Notes: generated by a model from the letters alone, not told the origin. Numbered from the stretch's first letter, positions 20,508 to 31,972 are shown. The stretch: 64,000 nt of DNA from Candidatus Poribacteria bacterium (GCA_965205015.1 OZ242029.1:2656001-2720000), one strand, 5' to 3'. Translations and numbers: made by a program.

Positions 20508-21200
20508 TTAGTAAGAACGTTTGATTTCTGCCCACTGTGTCGCTAATTTGCCAGCAGGTTCAACAGGAAGTCCCTTGAACTCCAGATTGTATTCCAAAGG
20601 TGCGTCGATACCGGCGAACATGCTCCAACCCCCGCCGCGTTCGCACACTTTAACCATAAAAACGTTATCGCCTTTTTTCACGTCCACCTCAAATGTGTCC
20701 TGAAAATCGCCAGCACCACGGTTAACGGCGTTTTTGTGAACCTCTTCGCCGTTCATCCAGACCTTAACGGAATCATCGCTGCCGACACGGGCTTCAACAC
20801 CTTTCTTCGTAGCTTTTGATACGGCGTTGATTACGGCGTAGGAACAGTGGTCATTGACATCGCCCCCGGGACCCAACTTGATCTTTATGAGCATGTCGTT
20901 GATGTTGTTTCCACCGACTGCGGCGATTTCTCCCTCGGTCCATTTATAATTTTCGGCAAATTTGACCTTCAGAATGTCCTTTGTAATGCCCTGTTCTGCG
21001 ACATCTATCTCGGTCAGTTTACCCTTTGTTGCCTCCTCGATACCGTCTTCGTCTGTTACGGCGGCACCCCCTTGGCCGGCGGGGCTTTCGGTGATCATCC
21101 AATACCAAGGACCCTCAATTTTGTCTAAGGCAATGGCAAATTGTGCCGTAAGCAGGCATCCGATAGCACACACCGCCATAGTCATGAATATACGTTTCAT
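20508..21200 (-). CDS. Secreted single-domain Lys-rich paralog of 19012-20238
   Basis: Signal peptide; same GSDDSVKVW.NG domain; LPVEPAGKLATQW tail. Confidence 0.8.
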   Translation of the reverse strand: MKRIFMTMAVCAIGCLLTAQFAIALDKIEGPWYWMITESPAGQGGAAVTDEDGIEEATKGKLTEIDVAEQGITKDILKVKFAENYKWTEGEIAAVGGNNINDMLIKIKLGPGGDVNDHCSYAVINAVSKATKKGVEARVGSDDSVKVWMNGEEVHKNAVNRGAGDFQDTFEVDVKKGDNVFMVKVCERGGGWSMFAGIDAPLEYNLEFKGLPVEPAGKLATQWAEIKRSY

Positions 21201-21265
21201 TTTTTATCTAACCTCCCTCTCTTAACTTTAGGAACTTGTGAAAGTGTCGTTTATCTAACGAAAAT

Positions 21266-21294
21266 AGTTTAACACAAGTTACCGGAAAAGTCAA
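21266..21294 (-). promoter_or_regulatory. Sigma-70 promoter
   Basis: TTGACT-N17-TAAACT with extended TG; a similar TTGATT-N18-TAAACT lies near 20390-20419 before the paralog. Confidence 0.6.
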
Positions 21295-21331
21295 ATTGAT
21301 TTTTTCAGTTGCGTTTGAAAATACCTATCGG

Positions 21332-21637
21332 TCATTCTGCCTGTAACTGCTTTTGGACACTGCTCACCTTATCATCCATTGTTTGTGTTCTGTCGACCCG
21401 AGTGCCAAACTTGAGCGTTGTTGTGATACGCGGGGCACCCATCTCATGGACGACTTCGTGACACCGCCGAATTGCTGCAAAGACAGCATTCCATTCGCCT
21501 TCAATATTAGTACCATAAGCGTGTAGTTTTGTCTCCAAACCTGCTTCCTTCAACACTTTTTCACAAGCAGTAACATATTTCGAGACCGAGACACCGACTC
21601 CTATTGGAACAACACAGAGATCTGCGATAACCTTCAT
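21332..21637 (-). CDS. MTH1187-family thiamine-binding protein
   Basis: VVPIG..VSVSKYV, HAYGTNIEG, CHE.V..MGAPR. Confidence 0.9.
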   Translation of the reverse strand: MKVIADLCVVPIGVGVSVSKYVTACEKVLKEAGLETKLHAYGTNIEGEWNAVFAAIRRCHEVVHEMGAPRITTTLKFGTRVDRTQTMDDKVSSVQKQLQAE

Positions 21638-21647
21638 AGCATCTCCC

Positions 21648-22586
21648 TTAATTATTGTGTAATTGTTCCAGAATGTCAGCAGGTAAAGGCACGGCACCCG
21701 AGGTCGCAACTCCGTCGTCAACTTGCGCTGGGGTCATCATTCCTGGAACAACACAAGAGACTGCCGGATGCGCCAAAATGAATTTGAGGGCGGCTTGTGG
21801 AAGGCTGCGCGCTTTATTTTTAACGATTGACTTTACCTGTTCCACACGCGTCAGATCAGAGAGAAATTTCTCACGGGACCACGTCTTCCGATAATCGTTC
21901 TCCGCAAAGACGGTATCCGGTCCGAGCTGTCCAGAGAGTAGACCGGACGACAACGGCTGTCGGACAACAACAGCGATGCCGCGCTCGGTGGCCGTCTGCA
22001 TCACAGGGGTTGCCATTTCTTGGGTGAGAATGTTGTAAGTGAGCATCAACGAAGAGATACCGGTTTCTTTCAGCGCCTTTAGTGCATCTGCCTCACCGCC
22101 GAGGCATAATCCATAAAAGCGAATTTTGCCTTCGGTTTTGAGTGCCTCCATTGTCCCGAATGCATCATCCCATGCCTCTGCGGGGGGTGGAGAGTGGAAT
22201 TGATAGATGTCTATAACATCCCGCTTCAACCGTGTGAGACTCCCTTCAACCGCCAGACGAATATAATCCGGTGAGACGTTGAACGATGGATGTTCCCATC
22301 CATGGCTAATCCAGCCATCGGAATCCAATTCATAACCGAGTTTCGTGGCAATGATAACTCTATCGCCGAGGGCTGAAAAGGCTTCACCGAGTAGCCGTTC
22401 GGCGCGACCTCCACCATATTGGTCTGCTGTGTCGTAATAGGTGACACCACTTTCAAAGGCGTATCGGAGGAGATCCACAGCATCGGTTTCACCGATGTCT
22501 CCCCATTCGCGTCCTCCAAGTTCCCATGTTCCCATGCCGATTTCAGAAACGGTTAACCCTGTATTCCCCAATTTACGTTGACGCAT
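21648..22586 (-). CDS. Aldo/keto reductase
   Basis: LGNTGL.VSEIG.G, DTADQYG, ATK, SL.RL..D.ID. Confidence 0.92.
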   Translation of the reverse strand: MRQRKLGNTGLTVSEIGMGTWELGGREWGDIGETDAVDLLRYAFESGVTYYDTADQYGGGRAERLLGEAFSALGDRVIIATKLGYELDSDGWISHGWEHPSFNVSPDYIRLAVEGSLTRLKRDVIDIYQFHSPPPAEAWDDAFGTMEALKTEGKIRFYGLCLGGEADALKALKETGISSLMLTYNILTQEMATPVMQTATERGIAVVVRQPLSSGLLSGQLGPDTVFAENDYRKTWSREKFLSDLTRVEQVKSIVKNKARSLPQAALKFILAHPAVSCVVPGMMTPAQVDDGVATSGAVPLPADILEQLHNN

Positions 22587-22862
22587 GATTCTCCCTTTCG
22601 CAAGGCACGGGACCCTGCACTCTCTAAAGTATTACAATTTGGATGTATCATCCATTTTATGATATTCATAATTACTTGTCAACAATTTTTATTCCGCTCT
22701 GGTACTCAGAATCTTCCGTTACAAAAGCGAATTTAGATTGACAGACGACACGCATTTTTGATAAGATAGAGTTACCCATTGAAAAGGAGGGTTGCTGGCT
22801 AAAAAACTCGCAAATTTTCGGGTTGCAAGTCGCGCTGCTTCTCCGCAAGGAACAATTAAAAA

Positions 22863-23900
22863 ATGAAATTATTGGTCACGGGTGGTGCAGGATTTATCGG
22901 GACCAACTTTATCCGATATTGGCTGCAACGCAATTCGGGCGATGTTATTGTCAACTTTGACCGGTTGACGTACGCTGGGAATCTCTCCAATCTGATGGAC
23001 ATAGCGGAAACTCGCTATCCAGAGCGGTACAGGTTTGTACACGGCGATATTCTGGACGCTGCTCTTGTGGAGGGTGTTGTAAAAAAGGAGGGTCCAGACG
23101 TAATTGTCAATTTCGCTGCGGAGTCCCATAACAGTCGGGCAATTCTGCATCCGCGTCGGTTTTTTGAAACGAATGTGATGGGAACACAGGTGTTACTCGA
23201 TGCGTCTCGGAAGTACGACGTGCGGCGATTTCATCACATCTCTACCTGCGAGGTCTATGGCGAACTTCCTTTAGATTCACCCGATAGGTTCAGTGAAAAT
23301 GCCCCCTATCGTCCGCAAACACCTTACAACGCCTCTAAAGCGGCAGCGGATCATCTCGTGAACGCCTACTTCCACAGTTTCGGTATACCGATAACGATTT
23401 CCAATTGTGCGAATAACTACGGTCCCTATCAACATCCAGAAAAACTCATTCCGCTCTTTACAACGAATGCACTCCAGGATTTACCCTTAACGCTCTACCG
23501 AAGCAGTCATAACCGACGAGAATGGTTGCATGTTGAGGATCATTGCAGGGCAATCGCGGCGGTCCTTGCGCACGGCAAAATCGGTGAAACTTACAACGTC
23601 GGGAGTGGTGTGGAGAAGAGTATTGAAGAAATTAGCGATTTCATATTGGATGTTCTTAATAAACCGCAGCATCTGAAAACTTATGTTCCTGACCGACCCG
23701 GGCACGATTGCCGTTATCTCTTGGATTCAAGCAAGATCGCTCGTGATGTGGGCTGGAAACCGATGATTGCATTTGAAGATGGGATGCGTGAGACCATCCA
23801 GTGGTACCTCGAAAATCGGAAATGGTGGCAAACAATTCAACAGAAGGCAGGCGATGAAGCAGTGCAGGAGGACAAATGGGAAACATTCTCAGGGAGGTGA
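22863..23900 (+). CDS. rfbB: dTDP-glucose 4,6-dehydratase
   Basis: TGGAGFIG, LTYAGN, NFAAESH, YNASK, NNYGPYQ.PEK, DRPGHD. Confidence 0.92.
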   Translation: MKLLVTGGAGFIGTNFIRYWLQRNSGDVIVNFDRLTYAGNLSNLMDIAETRYPERYRFVHGDILDAALVEGVVKKEGPDVIVNFAAESHNSRAILHPRRFFETNVMGTQVLLDASRKYDVRRFHHISTCEVYGELPLDSPDRFSENAPYRPQTPYNASKAAADHLVNAYFHSFGIPITISNCANNYGPYQHPEKLIPLFTTNALQDLPLTLYRSSHNRREWLHVEDHCRAIAAVLAHGKIGETYNVGSGVEKSIEEISDFILDVLNKPQHLKTYVPDRPGHDCRYLLDSSKIARDVGWKPMIAFEDGMRETIQWYLENRKWWQTIQQKAGDEAVQEDKWETFSGR

Positions 23901-23904
23901 CACT

Positions 23905-24873
23905 ATGCAACTCACAACGGAACAATTAACAGCATGGAAACGAGATGGAATAATCGTGGTGCCTAACGTGTTTTCACCAGAAGCGGCAGCACCGGCGTTA
24001 GAAGCGGTTGAACGAAATGCGTATGATGGCTTGACTTATGCCGAATATCGGACGAAATGGGATCCGCAGCCGGACGCGTTGAAAAGTGCTTATGAGAAGA
24101 ACAGTGACATGCAACGGCTCGCTGGTCCTTTTGGGAAAGTGCTGCATTTTCCAACAGGTTTGGAAGCGGTGGATAAGCTCATCGAGAACGAGGCATATCT
24201 CGCAATCGCACAGCAACTCTTAGGCACGGAGGAAATTCGGCTCGGTTATGGACAAATCTTCCTTCGAGAGGGGCTCACCGATAGCCGTCATAGCGAACAT
24301 CCGTGGCAGGGTTACCACATCGACAATGCGACGAACTCCCCCTTACCCCCGCACCCGGATTGGCAACGCTATGGATATATTCTGTCCGCTATTTTCCTAC
24401 ACGACATTGAAGTGGATGGTGCCCCTATGCTCGTTTGCCCCGGTTCACAGAACCAATTGGATAAAATATGGGCGAAGTATCCGGGTAGAGCGGGCGGAAT
24501 GGGTATCCCTGACCTCCGTGAATTTAAAGGAGAACTTGCAGATCCGGTTCCGCTTACAGCGCAGGCGGGAAGTGTAGCATTCCGATCCAGCTACTTGGTT
24601 CATGCAGCGCAGCCGTTTCAGAACAGAAGCAGACAGCGTGGGTGGATGGGGTATCACTTCCATCGCGCCGACAATGACGATTGGTGCAAAACAACGCGCC
24701 CAGTGCCGGGTTGGGGCAGCCCACAGTATATGAAATTTGTGGCGCAAACGACCCCCGCCGTGCGCCATGTTTTGGGGTGGCCGGCTCTGGGTGATGCATA
24801 CTATACGTCGGAGGCTCTTACGCGTCTTGAGCATGCATATCCGGGGATTGATTTGGAACCTTACCGAAGGTAA
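23905..24873 (+). CDS. Phytanoyl-CoA dioxygenase (PhyH) family protein
   Basis: HID...H Fe(II) triad, DG..VVPNV, GA..VCPGS; GGAGG RBS. Confidence 0.8.
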   Translation: MQLTTEQLTAWKRDGIIVVPNVFSPEAAAPALEAVERNAYDGLTYAEYRTKWDPQPDALKSAYEKNSDMQRLAGPFGKVLHFPTGLEAVDKLIENEAYLAIAQQLLGTEEIRLGYGQIFLREGLTDSRHSEHPWQGYHIDNATNSPLPPHPDWQRYGYILSAIFLHDIEVDGAPMLVCPGSQNQLDKIWAKYPGRAGGMGIPDLREFKGELADPVPLTAQAGSVAFRSSYLVHAAQPFQNRSRQRGWMGYHFHRADNDDWCKTTRPVPGWGSPQYMKFVAQTTPAVRHVLGWPALGDAYYTSEALTRLEHAYPGIDLEPYRR

Positions 24874-24891
24874 AAGTAGAAAGGATTGTCT

Positions 24892-25938
24892 ATGAGTAAA
24901 ACGAGAAAAGTTTTGATGATGAACGAAGCCGGACGTATCTGGACGGAGGAGCAGGAAACCCCTGCGCCGAAACAGGGGCAGCTCTTAATTGAAGTTCACG
25001 CCTCGATGGTAAGTCCTGGTACGGAACTCGGTGGGGTCAAACGGCGACGCGAAAATCCAGGCTCCGAAGCGCGGCAGCGTCCATTCGGATACACGAATGC
25101 TGGGGTTGTGATCGGCAAAGAGGGAGACTGCGACGAATTTGAAGTTGGTGATAGGGTGGCGGGTATGGGTGGCGGATATGCGCTTCATGCCACATACGCC
25201 TGTGTGCCACATAATTTATGCGCGAAGATTCCGGATAAAGTGAGTGCTGAAGAAGCCTCATCTATTCATCTTGCGGCAACCGCACTTCACGCTGTGCAAC
25301 GCGGACGCGTCCGCATCGGTGAGAACGTTGTCGTTGCTGGATTGGGCATTGTTGGGCAATTTGCGTGTCAGATAGCCAAAGCCGCGGGTGCTTATGTTAT
25401 CGGCTTGGATCGGTTGTCCTTGCGGATCGGTATTGCTGAAAACGCCGGGATACATCGTGCAATAAACGTCTCAGAGACGGATCCGATCCCGATTGCAGAA
25501 GAATTCACCAACAGTTACGGTATGGATTGCGGCATTATTGCCTTCGGTGGCGACGCAACGAGCGCGTTTCAGCAGATCCGTGCGATGCTGAAAACCGCAC
25601 CGGATACCCACAAAGTCGGACGGATTGTCATTGTCGGGGGTGCGAACATTACACACGGTTTTGCGGCAGGTCTCGGTAACGTCGATGTTATCAGTGCGGC
25701 TCGCACTGGACCCGGTTACCACGATGAGGATTATGAACACGGCGCGGATTATCCACCGGTATTTGTCCCGTGGCCGACACAGCGCAATTTGGAATTATCG
25801 TTGCGACTGATGTCGGAGGGTAAAATCCGAGTGAATCCCCTGATTACGGATATTCTTCCGATTGATCGGGCGCCCGAAGGGTGTGAAAAATTGATCCAAA
25901 CCCCGAATGAAGCGTTAGGGGTTGTCTTTTCAATGTAG
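24892..25938 (+). CDS. MDR-family dehydrogenase lacking Zn cysteines
   Basis: SPGTE, GY..AGVV, GLGIVG. Confidence 0.85.
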   Translation: MSKTRKVLMMNEAGRIWTEEQETPAPKQGQLLIEVHASMVSPGTELGGVKRRRENPGSEARQRPFGYTNAGVVIGKEGDCDEFEVGDRVAGMGGGYALHATYACVPHNLCAKIPDKVSAEEASSIHLAATALHAVQRGRVRIGENVVVAGLGIVGQFACQIAKAAGAYVIGLDRLSLRIGIAENAGIHRAINVSETDPIPIAEEFTNSYGMDCGIIAFGGDATSAFQQIRAMLKTAPDTHKVGRIVIVGGANITHGFAAGLGNVDVISAARTGPGYHDEDYEHGADYPPVFVPWPTQRNLELSLRLMSEGKIRVNPLITDILPIDRAPEGCEKLIQTPNEALGVVFSM

Positions 25939-25955
25939 TAGATTGGGATAACAGA

Positions 25956-27176
25956 ATGGAGATTAGAGGCGCTCACGAATCAGAATTAGAACAGGTCGTT
26001 GAACTTTGTTGTTTGGCGTTTAATCCCGATGGACATGAACGCTATTGGCAGTATGTGCGCGGGGACAGCAGTTACAGACTTCCGCAAACCCGGGTTGTCG
26101 TTGTGAACGACACGGTTGTTTCAACCCTGCGCGTTTGGGAACGGCGGATGCGGGTCGGGGCATCCCTCGTAACGATGGGTGGCATTGGCGGTGTTTGCAC
26201 ACATCCGAAGTATCGTGGGGTGGGGTATGCGTCTGCCCTCATGCGGGATACTATTGACTATCTGCGGACGACGGGGTGTGACATCGGCGCGCTGTTTAGT
26301 ATCATTCCAGAAGCGTTTTACCGGCGTTTGGGATGGACCTCTTTACCGCTACACGGATTCCAGTTGACATCCTACTCGGAAACCACCGCTATGGCAGCAT
26401 CATCGGAATGGCAGGTAACCGATTTTAACCCAAAGACGGATTTAGACGCTGTGGCGGCACTACACGACCTCGCCAATGCTCAGCAGAGTGGCACGATTGC
26501 TCGGACACGTGCTTACTGGGATATGGCGCCCTGCCGCATCCGAGAGGTCCTTCCAACTGTTGTCGCCCGCCAAGATGGACGCATCGGTGGGTATCTCAAC
26601 TATGAAACGGAAGGCAAGCGAATGGAAGTGCGTGAAGTCGGATACGCCCCTGATGATCCATCGATATTGGATGTACTTGTATCCCATCTTTTGCAAACGT
26701 GTGAAGCACGAGGGGTTGAAGAAATAAACGGCAGATTTCCACCCCAACATCCATTTGCAGAACGCCTAATAGCGAAGTGTAACAGCCCGGTAAACCAGAC
26801 AAAATATACAGGGATGATGCTTTATGCCGTGAATCTGCCAGTACTTTTACGTCGGTTTGTCGTCGACTGGGAATTACGAATTGCGGATGCTGATGAGACG
26901 TTTGCACCGCTCGCTGTTAAACTGCTTGTTCTTAACAATCAACAAATAGTACTGCGACACACTGCTGATGGCACGCTGCAAATCGTTCCTGAAGATACCG
27001 ATGCTGTTGACTTGGGAGTAGACTTAACCGAAGCGGATTTCTGGCAACTCCTGTTCGGTGAAATAGGGTGGGAGCAGATAGGTTCGGATGCAACGGTGTC
27101 TTCAGAAATCTCGTCATTTTTAACGACATTGTTTCCGAAACGCACTGTCATTTTCTGGTCCCCGGATCAGTATTGA
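25956..27176 (+). CDS. Eis-like GNAT acetyltransferase
   Basis: GGIGGVCTHPKYRGVGYAS, FYRRLGW. Confidence 0.85.
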   Translation: MEIRGAHESELEQVVELCCLAFNPDGHERYWQYVRGDSSYRLPQTRVVVVNDTVVSTLRVWERRMRVGASLVTMGGIGGVCTHPKYRGVGYASALMRDTIDYLRTTGCDIGALFSIIPEAFYRRLGWTSLPLHGFQLTSYSETTAMAASSEWQVTDFNPKTDLDAVAALHDLANAQQSGTIARTRAYWDMAPCRIREVLPTVVARQDGRIGGYLNYETEGKRMEVREVGYAPDDPSILDVLVSHLLQTCEARGVEEINGRFPPQHPFAERLIAKCNSPVNQTKYTGMMLYAVNLPVLLRRFVVDWELRIADADETFAPLAVKLLVLNNQQIVLRHTADGTLQIVPEDTDAVDLGVDLTEADFWQLLFGEIGWEQIGSDATVSSEISSFLTTLFPKRTVIFWSPDQY

Positions 27177-27196
27177 GAAACCGATGGAGGCTCACA

Positions 27197-27580
27197 ATGA
27201 ATACATCGTTTGAAAGACCTTACAGACCTGTAGATCTGGATACGTCATTAACCAAGTCGTTTCCGCTTATGTCAATGGCTGAAAAACTTATGGAAGAAGC
27301 CGCATTCGCCACGTCTGGTCGTGCCTCGCTGACCTTAGCCCGTGGGGATGAACTCACTATCGTCCTGGCTGTGCTGAAAGCGGGAACTACGCTTGAGGAG
27401 CATTCAGCACCTGCAGCCGCTGTCGTCGTTACGCTTAGCGGAAACATTATATTTACAACAAGTGCTGATAAGATAACGCTGGAACAAGGGGACGGGGTTA
27501 CCTTCACAGAGGACATTCTGCACAGTGTCTATGCTACTGAAGATAGTGCCTTCCTCATTGTGATCGGAGGAAAGAGTTAG
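27197..27580 (+). CDS. Cupin-domain protein
   Basis: GGAGG RBS; EHSAP...LSG...HSV cupin motifs. Confidence 0.8.
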   Translation: MNTSFERPYRPVDLDTSLTKSFPLMSMAEKLMEEAAFATSGRASLTLARGDELTIVLAVLKAGTTLEEHSAPAAAVVVTLSGNIIFTTSADKITLEQGDGVTFTEDILHSVYATEDSAFLIVIGGKS

Positions 27581-27638
27581 GTATCACAGAAAAGAACAGT
27601 GAAGGTCATACAGATACAGCCCGGATAGTGATAGAAGG

Positions 27639-28562
27639 ATGGAAAATACGGATAAAAACAACTCGAAATCTCGAAAGGGTGGGACTCAAACCAGCGCGTT
27701 CGGAACTCCCGGCAGAATCAATCACGATGCCAGTGCGTTTTATGGGAGCAAGCTCTACGCCGATCAGGAATTCGCCGAACCCGATATATGGGCGGAAAAC
27801 CCGATACCTGCCGAAAACCTTGATCGACTCTATTGTGCATCCAGCACAGACATGTCCGCGATTCCCGATGATAGTGTTCATCTGATGGTTACATCGCCGC
27901 CGTATAATGCGAAAAAGGAGTATGACGAGGATTTGTCGCTCGCGGAGTACAGAGAACTCCTCTACACTGTTTTCGCTGAGACCTATAAAAAGTTGGTTAC
28001 CGGTGGCAGGGCATGTATCAATATCGCTAATTTAGGACGGAAGCCCTATATCCCGTTGCATAGCTACATTATAGAGGACATGTTAGCGCTCGGTTACTAT
28101 ATGCGGGGTGAGATTATTTGGGACAAGGCTTCGAGTGCGGGTTCCTCAACGGCGTGGGGAAGTTGGCTATCGGCGGCGAATCCTGTGCTGAGAGACGTTC
28201 ATGAATATATCCTCGTTTTCTCAAAGGGGTCATTTTCTCGGAAACGCAACGGGAAAGAGAATTCGATTCGCAAGGAGGATTTCTTAGAGTGGACAAAAAG
28301 TATCTGGACGTTTCCGTCCGTCTCGGCGAAACGTATCGGGCATCCGGCTCCGTTTCCTGAGGAGTTACCACATCGGTTAATTCAACTCTATACCTTCGTA
28401 GGTGAGGTCGTCCTGGACCCATTCTGTGGAAGCGGCACCGCGTGCCTGAGTGCTTTGAAATCGGGGAGGCACTATATTGGATACGACATTGAGAAAAAAT
28501 ATGTTGAACTGGCAGAGGAGCGAATCAGACAATATACGAATCAAGGACGTTTGCCAATATAA
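27639..28562 (+). CDS. Beta-class N4-C/N6-A DNA methyltransferase (orphan)
   Basis: VTSPPY precedes HPAPFP and LDPFCGSGT. Confidence 0.92.
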   Translation: MENTDKNNSKSRKGGTQTSAFGTPGRINHDASAFYGSKLYADQEFAEPDIWAENPIPAENLDRLYCASSTDMSAIPDDSVHLMVTSPPYNAKKEYDEDLSLAEYRELLYTVFAETYKKLVTGGRACINIANLGRKPYIPLHSYIIEDMLALGYYMRGEIIWDKASSAGSSTAWGSWLSAANPVLRDVHEYILVFSKGSFSRKRNGKENSIRKEDFLEWTKSIWTFPSVSAKRIGHPAPFPEELPHRLIQLYTFVGEVVLDPFCGSGTACLSALKSGRHYIGYDIEKKYVELAEERIRQYTNQGRLPI

Positions 28563-28568
28563 GTAGAC

Positions 28569-30914
28569 TTAACTCGAAACTGATAGTGCGTACGTTTTCC
28601 CTGCCTCTGTTGCAAACGTGACAACCGACTCCGCTTGTTCCGTTTCAACTGGTACGCCATCACCTGTCACCGAAACGGTTGCGGCTGTTCGGACAGTGCA
28701 GTCTTCTCCCAATGTGGAATGGAATCGTGCCTCGGAGAGTTGTCCATTCTCCCATGCCATTGCCACCTCAAATCCGCCGCGGGCGCGCAATCCACTGACA
28801 CTTCCTGTGCTCCATGCCTTTGGAAGCGCGGGCAACAGGTGAATCTCACCGGCGTGACTCTGAAGCAACATCTCAGCAATGCCGGCGGTTCCTCCGAAAT
28901 TTCCATCAATCTGAAACGGTGGATGTGTATCAAATAAGTTGGTTAAGGTGCATTTCGCCAAAAGTGCCTGAAGATGTGCGTATGCCTCCTCGGCGTCCTC
29001 AAGCCGCGCCCAGAAGTTGACGAGCCATGCGCGGCTCCAACCCGTGTGCCCACCCCCGTGCGCCAAGCGATATTCCAACGATTTTTTTGCTGCGGCTGCT
29101 AACTCGGGTGTCCCGCGTAGTGTAATCTGACAACTTGGATGGAGCGCATACATGTGAGACATGTGCCGGTGTCCGGGTTCCGGTTCGTCATAGTCAAAGA
29201 CCCATTCTTGCAACCGTCCTGTTTTCTCGCTAATCTGGAGCGGTGCGAGTCGTTCCAGAGCAGCGACCAATTCAGTCCGGAATTCGGCATCCTCCCCGAG
29301 CACATCAATGCAGGCGATACAGTTGGTAAAGAGTTCATGAATGATTTCCAGGTCCATCGTTGCAGCGTAGGTAAAAAGCGAGCGTGTGCCATCAGACTTT
29401 AGGAAGCTATTTTCGGGTGAATGTGACGGGTTCGTGACGAGTTTACCAGCAAGAGGTGTGCCTTCGGGTGCCTCAACGAGAAAATCGAGTATAAAACGGG
29501 CGGCACCTTTCATGAGTGGGTAGCCCTGCCCTATGAGAAAATCTTTATCGCCATGGAAAAGATAGTGTTCCCATACATGTTCACAGAGCCACGCTGCTCC
29601 TACGGGCCAGATACCCCAGATGCCATCAGCAGGCGTTGTGAAACCCCATACGTCAGAAAGATGATGGACAACCCAGCCATTGGCACCGTAATGGCATTTT
29701 GCCGTGCGACTTCCCGGTTCAACAAGTGTCTCCATATAATCGAATAAGGGGATATGGCACTCCGCAAGGTTGCAGATTTCAGGAACCCAATAGTTCATCT
29801 GGAGATTGATATTGGTATGAAAATCGCTATTCCAAGGGGCATTCATGTGCTCGTTCCAGATGCCTTGTAAATTCGCCGGTAAGCATCCGGGTCTCGAACT
29901 TCCCATCATCAAGTAGCGTCCATACTGGAAATAGAGGACAACCAGTCCCGGGTCCGATGTGCCAATCTTTACAGCTTCCAAACGTTCGTCGGTTGGTAGA
30001 TTCGCAGTGTCGGTTCTACCGAGATCCAGGTGTACGCGTTGGAAGAGTTCCTGATGGTCGGCAATGTGATCTGCTCGAACTGTCTTATAGGATTTTGCAT
30101 CAATATCAGTGAGATGTCTCTCGCAAAGCGCGTGTGGATTTCCGCTCACATCCTTCTGATTAATGTAACTTGTCGCTGCGGCGAGCAGAAGCGTCACGGC
30201 ATTTGCGTCACGCACAACGAGTTGGTCATTCTCCGACTGGATCTGCCCACCCTCGATTTGTGCCTGTAGGTATACTGAAAAGCGCATGCCATCCTTGCCA
30301 CATTGTCCGTCCAATCTAAGGATATTAGCGGCAATTGCTTCAACAGTGGCATCTTGTTCCCGGGTTATTGAGACATCGAAAGCGAGTTGCCCTACCGTGT
30401 CAGATTCAATTCTGAGGGCAATAAGATTGTCGACGGCTGTTGCAAAGACCTCTCTACTAAAATTGACATCTCTGCAGCGATAGGTTGTTTTTGCAATACC
30501 TGTGTCCAAATTTAACTCTCGGCGGTACTCAGTAGGATCATCATCATGGGAAAATTCCAGAAAGAGATCGCCCAAGGATTGATAGGACTTGATACGCTCA
30601 GGAACGCCAAGCATTGTCTCACCAGCGAGTTGAGTGGCTTCTTCGTTTTTGTCGTCAAAAAGCAATTGCTGCACTTTTGAGAGTGCTTCCAAAGCCTTTG
30701 GATTGTTCGTGTCGCGAGGACCGCCGTCCCACAGACTTTCTTCGTTGAGTTGAATATGGTCCCGTTCCACACCCCCGAACACCATAGCACCGAGCCGTCC
30801 GTTTCCAATGGGGAGTGCGTCTGTCCATGCCTCGGCTGGTTTCTGATACCATAAAACAAGATTATTTGTGTCTATGTTTGTTATTGGCTTTTTTAGCAAT
30901 TGGCTCTTAGGCAT
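28569..30914 (-). CDS. GH95 alpha-L-fucosidase-like glycoside hydrolase
   Basis: [42 protein letters not shown]. Confidence 0.95.
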   Translation of the reverse strand: MPKSQLLKKPITNIDTNNLVLWYQKPAEAWTDALPIGNGRLGAMVFGGVERDHIQLNEESLWDGGPRDTNNPKALEALSKVQQLLFDDKNEEATQLAGETMLGVPERIKSYQSLGDLFLEFSHDDDPTEYRRELNLDTGIAKTTYRCRDVNFSREVFATAVDNLIALRIESDTVGQLAFDVSITREQDATVEAIAANILRLDGQCGKDGMRFSVYLQAQIEGGQIQSENDQLVVRDANAVTLLLAAATSYINQKDVSGNPHALCERHLTDIDAKSYKTVRADHIADHQELFQRVHLDLGRTDTANLPTDERLEAVKIGTSDPGLVVLYFQYGRYLMMGSSRPGCLPANLQGIWNEHMNAPWNSDFHTNINLQMNYWVPEICNLAECHIPLFDYMETLVEPGSRTAKCHYGANGWVVHHLSDVWGFTTPADGIWGIWPVGAAWLCEHVWEHYLFHGDKDFLIGQGYPLMKGAARFILDFLVEAPEGTPLAGKLVTNPSHSPENSFLKSDGTRSLFTYAATMDLEIIHELFTNCIACIDVLGEDAEFRTELVAALERLAPLQISEKTGRLQEWVFDYDEPEPGHRHMSHMYALHPSCQITLRGTPELAAAAKKSLEYRLAHGGGHTGWSRAWLVNFWARLEDAEEAYAHLQALLAKCTLTNLFDTHPPFQIDGNFGGTAGIAEMLLQSHAGEIHLLPALPKAWSTGSVSGLRARGGFEVAMAWENGQLSEARFHSTLGEDCTVRTAATVSVTGDGVPVETEQAESVVTFATEAGKTYALSVSS

Positions 30915-30977
30915 CGTTCTCCTTCGTTTCACGATGGTTTTTGGTGAATCGCGACGCGACTGAAAACCTGTGCGATT

Positions 30978-31922
30978 TTAATATCGTTTTTTCTCTTGAT
31001 GCAAAGATGATTCCCACAACCATCCGCGTTGTTCTCGGTGGCGGCATAATACCTTCACTGCTTCATGTGCTTTCTTCTCTGCTGCGATGTGTAAAGGCGT
31101 ATGACCTTTATCATCTTCAGCGTTAGCATCCGCACCACTTTCCAACAGAACCAACGCCGTTTCGTAGGCATTGTGCTGTGCGGCAACGTGCAAGGGTGTA
31201 TCGCCATTTTCGTCCGTTGCGTTGATATCCGCGCCATTCTTTACCAACACCGTTGCTACTTCAGACGTATCGTCTTCCGCCGCGATGTGTAATGGGGTAC
31301 AGCCATTTTTATCTTTTGCGTTGATATCCGCGCCATTCTCCAGTAATACGACGGCTGTTTTATAGGCGTTACGCCACGCTGCCCAGTGCAGGAGTGTATA
31401 ACCAGATTTGTTTCTCGGATTGACTCCTGTCTGGTCTTCCAGCGAGATTCCTTCTGCTTCATAAACATTGCGCCACGCTGCCCAGTGTAAAGGTGTGTCG
31501 CCCTCTTCACTCCTTGCGTTGACATCTGCGCCATTTTCCAACAGTATCGTTGCTGTTTCATGCCCATTATTCCATGCTGCCCAATGTAAGGGCGTAAAAT
31601 CCTTATCGTTCTTTGCGTTGACATCTGCGCCATTTTCCAGCAATACCGCTGCTGCCTCATAAGCATTGTGCCATGCCGCCCAGTGCAGGGGCGGGTAACC
31701 GTATGTATCTCTTGCGTTGACATCTGCGCCATTTTCCAGCAATACCGCTGCTGCCTCATAAGCATTGTCGCGTGCCGCGTCATGCAGGGAGGTATAACCA
31801 GGTTCCTCCGCCGGGGTAGCTGGACGCGCGATGTACTTAGATGTTGATGAATTTACCATCTTTCCTGTATCTATTTCTGAGGTAACTTCCATGACATCAT
31901 TTAAGATTCGTTTGTGAACCAA
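30978..31922 (-). CDS. Ankyrin-repeat protein (about 8 repeats)
   Basis: Repeated G.TPLH.AA......A..LLENGADVNA; start placed at TTG after AAGGAGG (uncertain). Confidence 0.9.
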   Translation of the reverse strand: MVHKRILNDVMEVTSEIDTGKMVNSSTSKYIARPATPAEEPGYTSLHDAARDNAYEAAAVLLENGADVNARDTYGYPPLHWAAWHNAYEAAAVLLENGADVNAKNDKDFTPLHWAAWNNGHETATILLENGADVNARSEEGDTPLHWAAWRNVYEAEGISLEDQTGVNPRNKSGYTLLHWAAWRNAYKTAVVLLENGADINAKDKNGCTPLHIAAEDDTSEVATVLVKNGADINATDENGDTPLHVAAQHNAYETALVLLESGADANAEDDKGHTPLHIAAEKKAHEAVKVLCRHREQRGWLWESSLHQEKKRY

Positions 31923-31972
31923 AACAGGAACCTCCTTTTCTATTTGGATTTCTAACTGTGGGCTGATGACTC

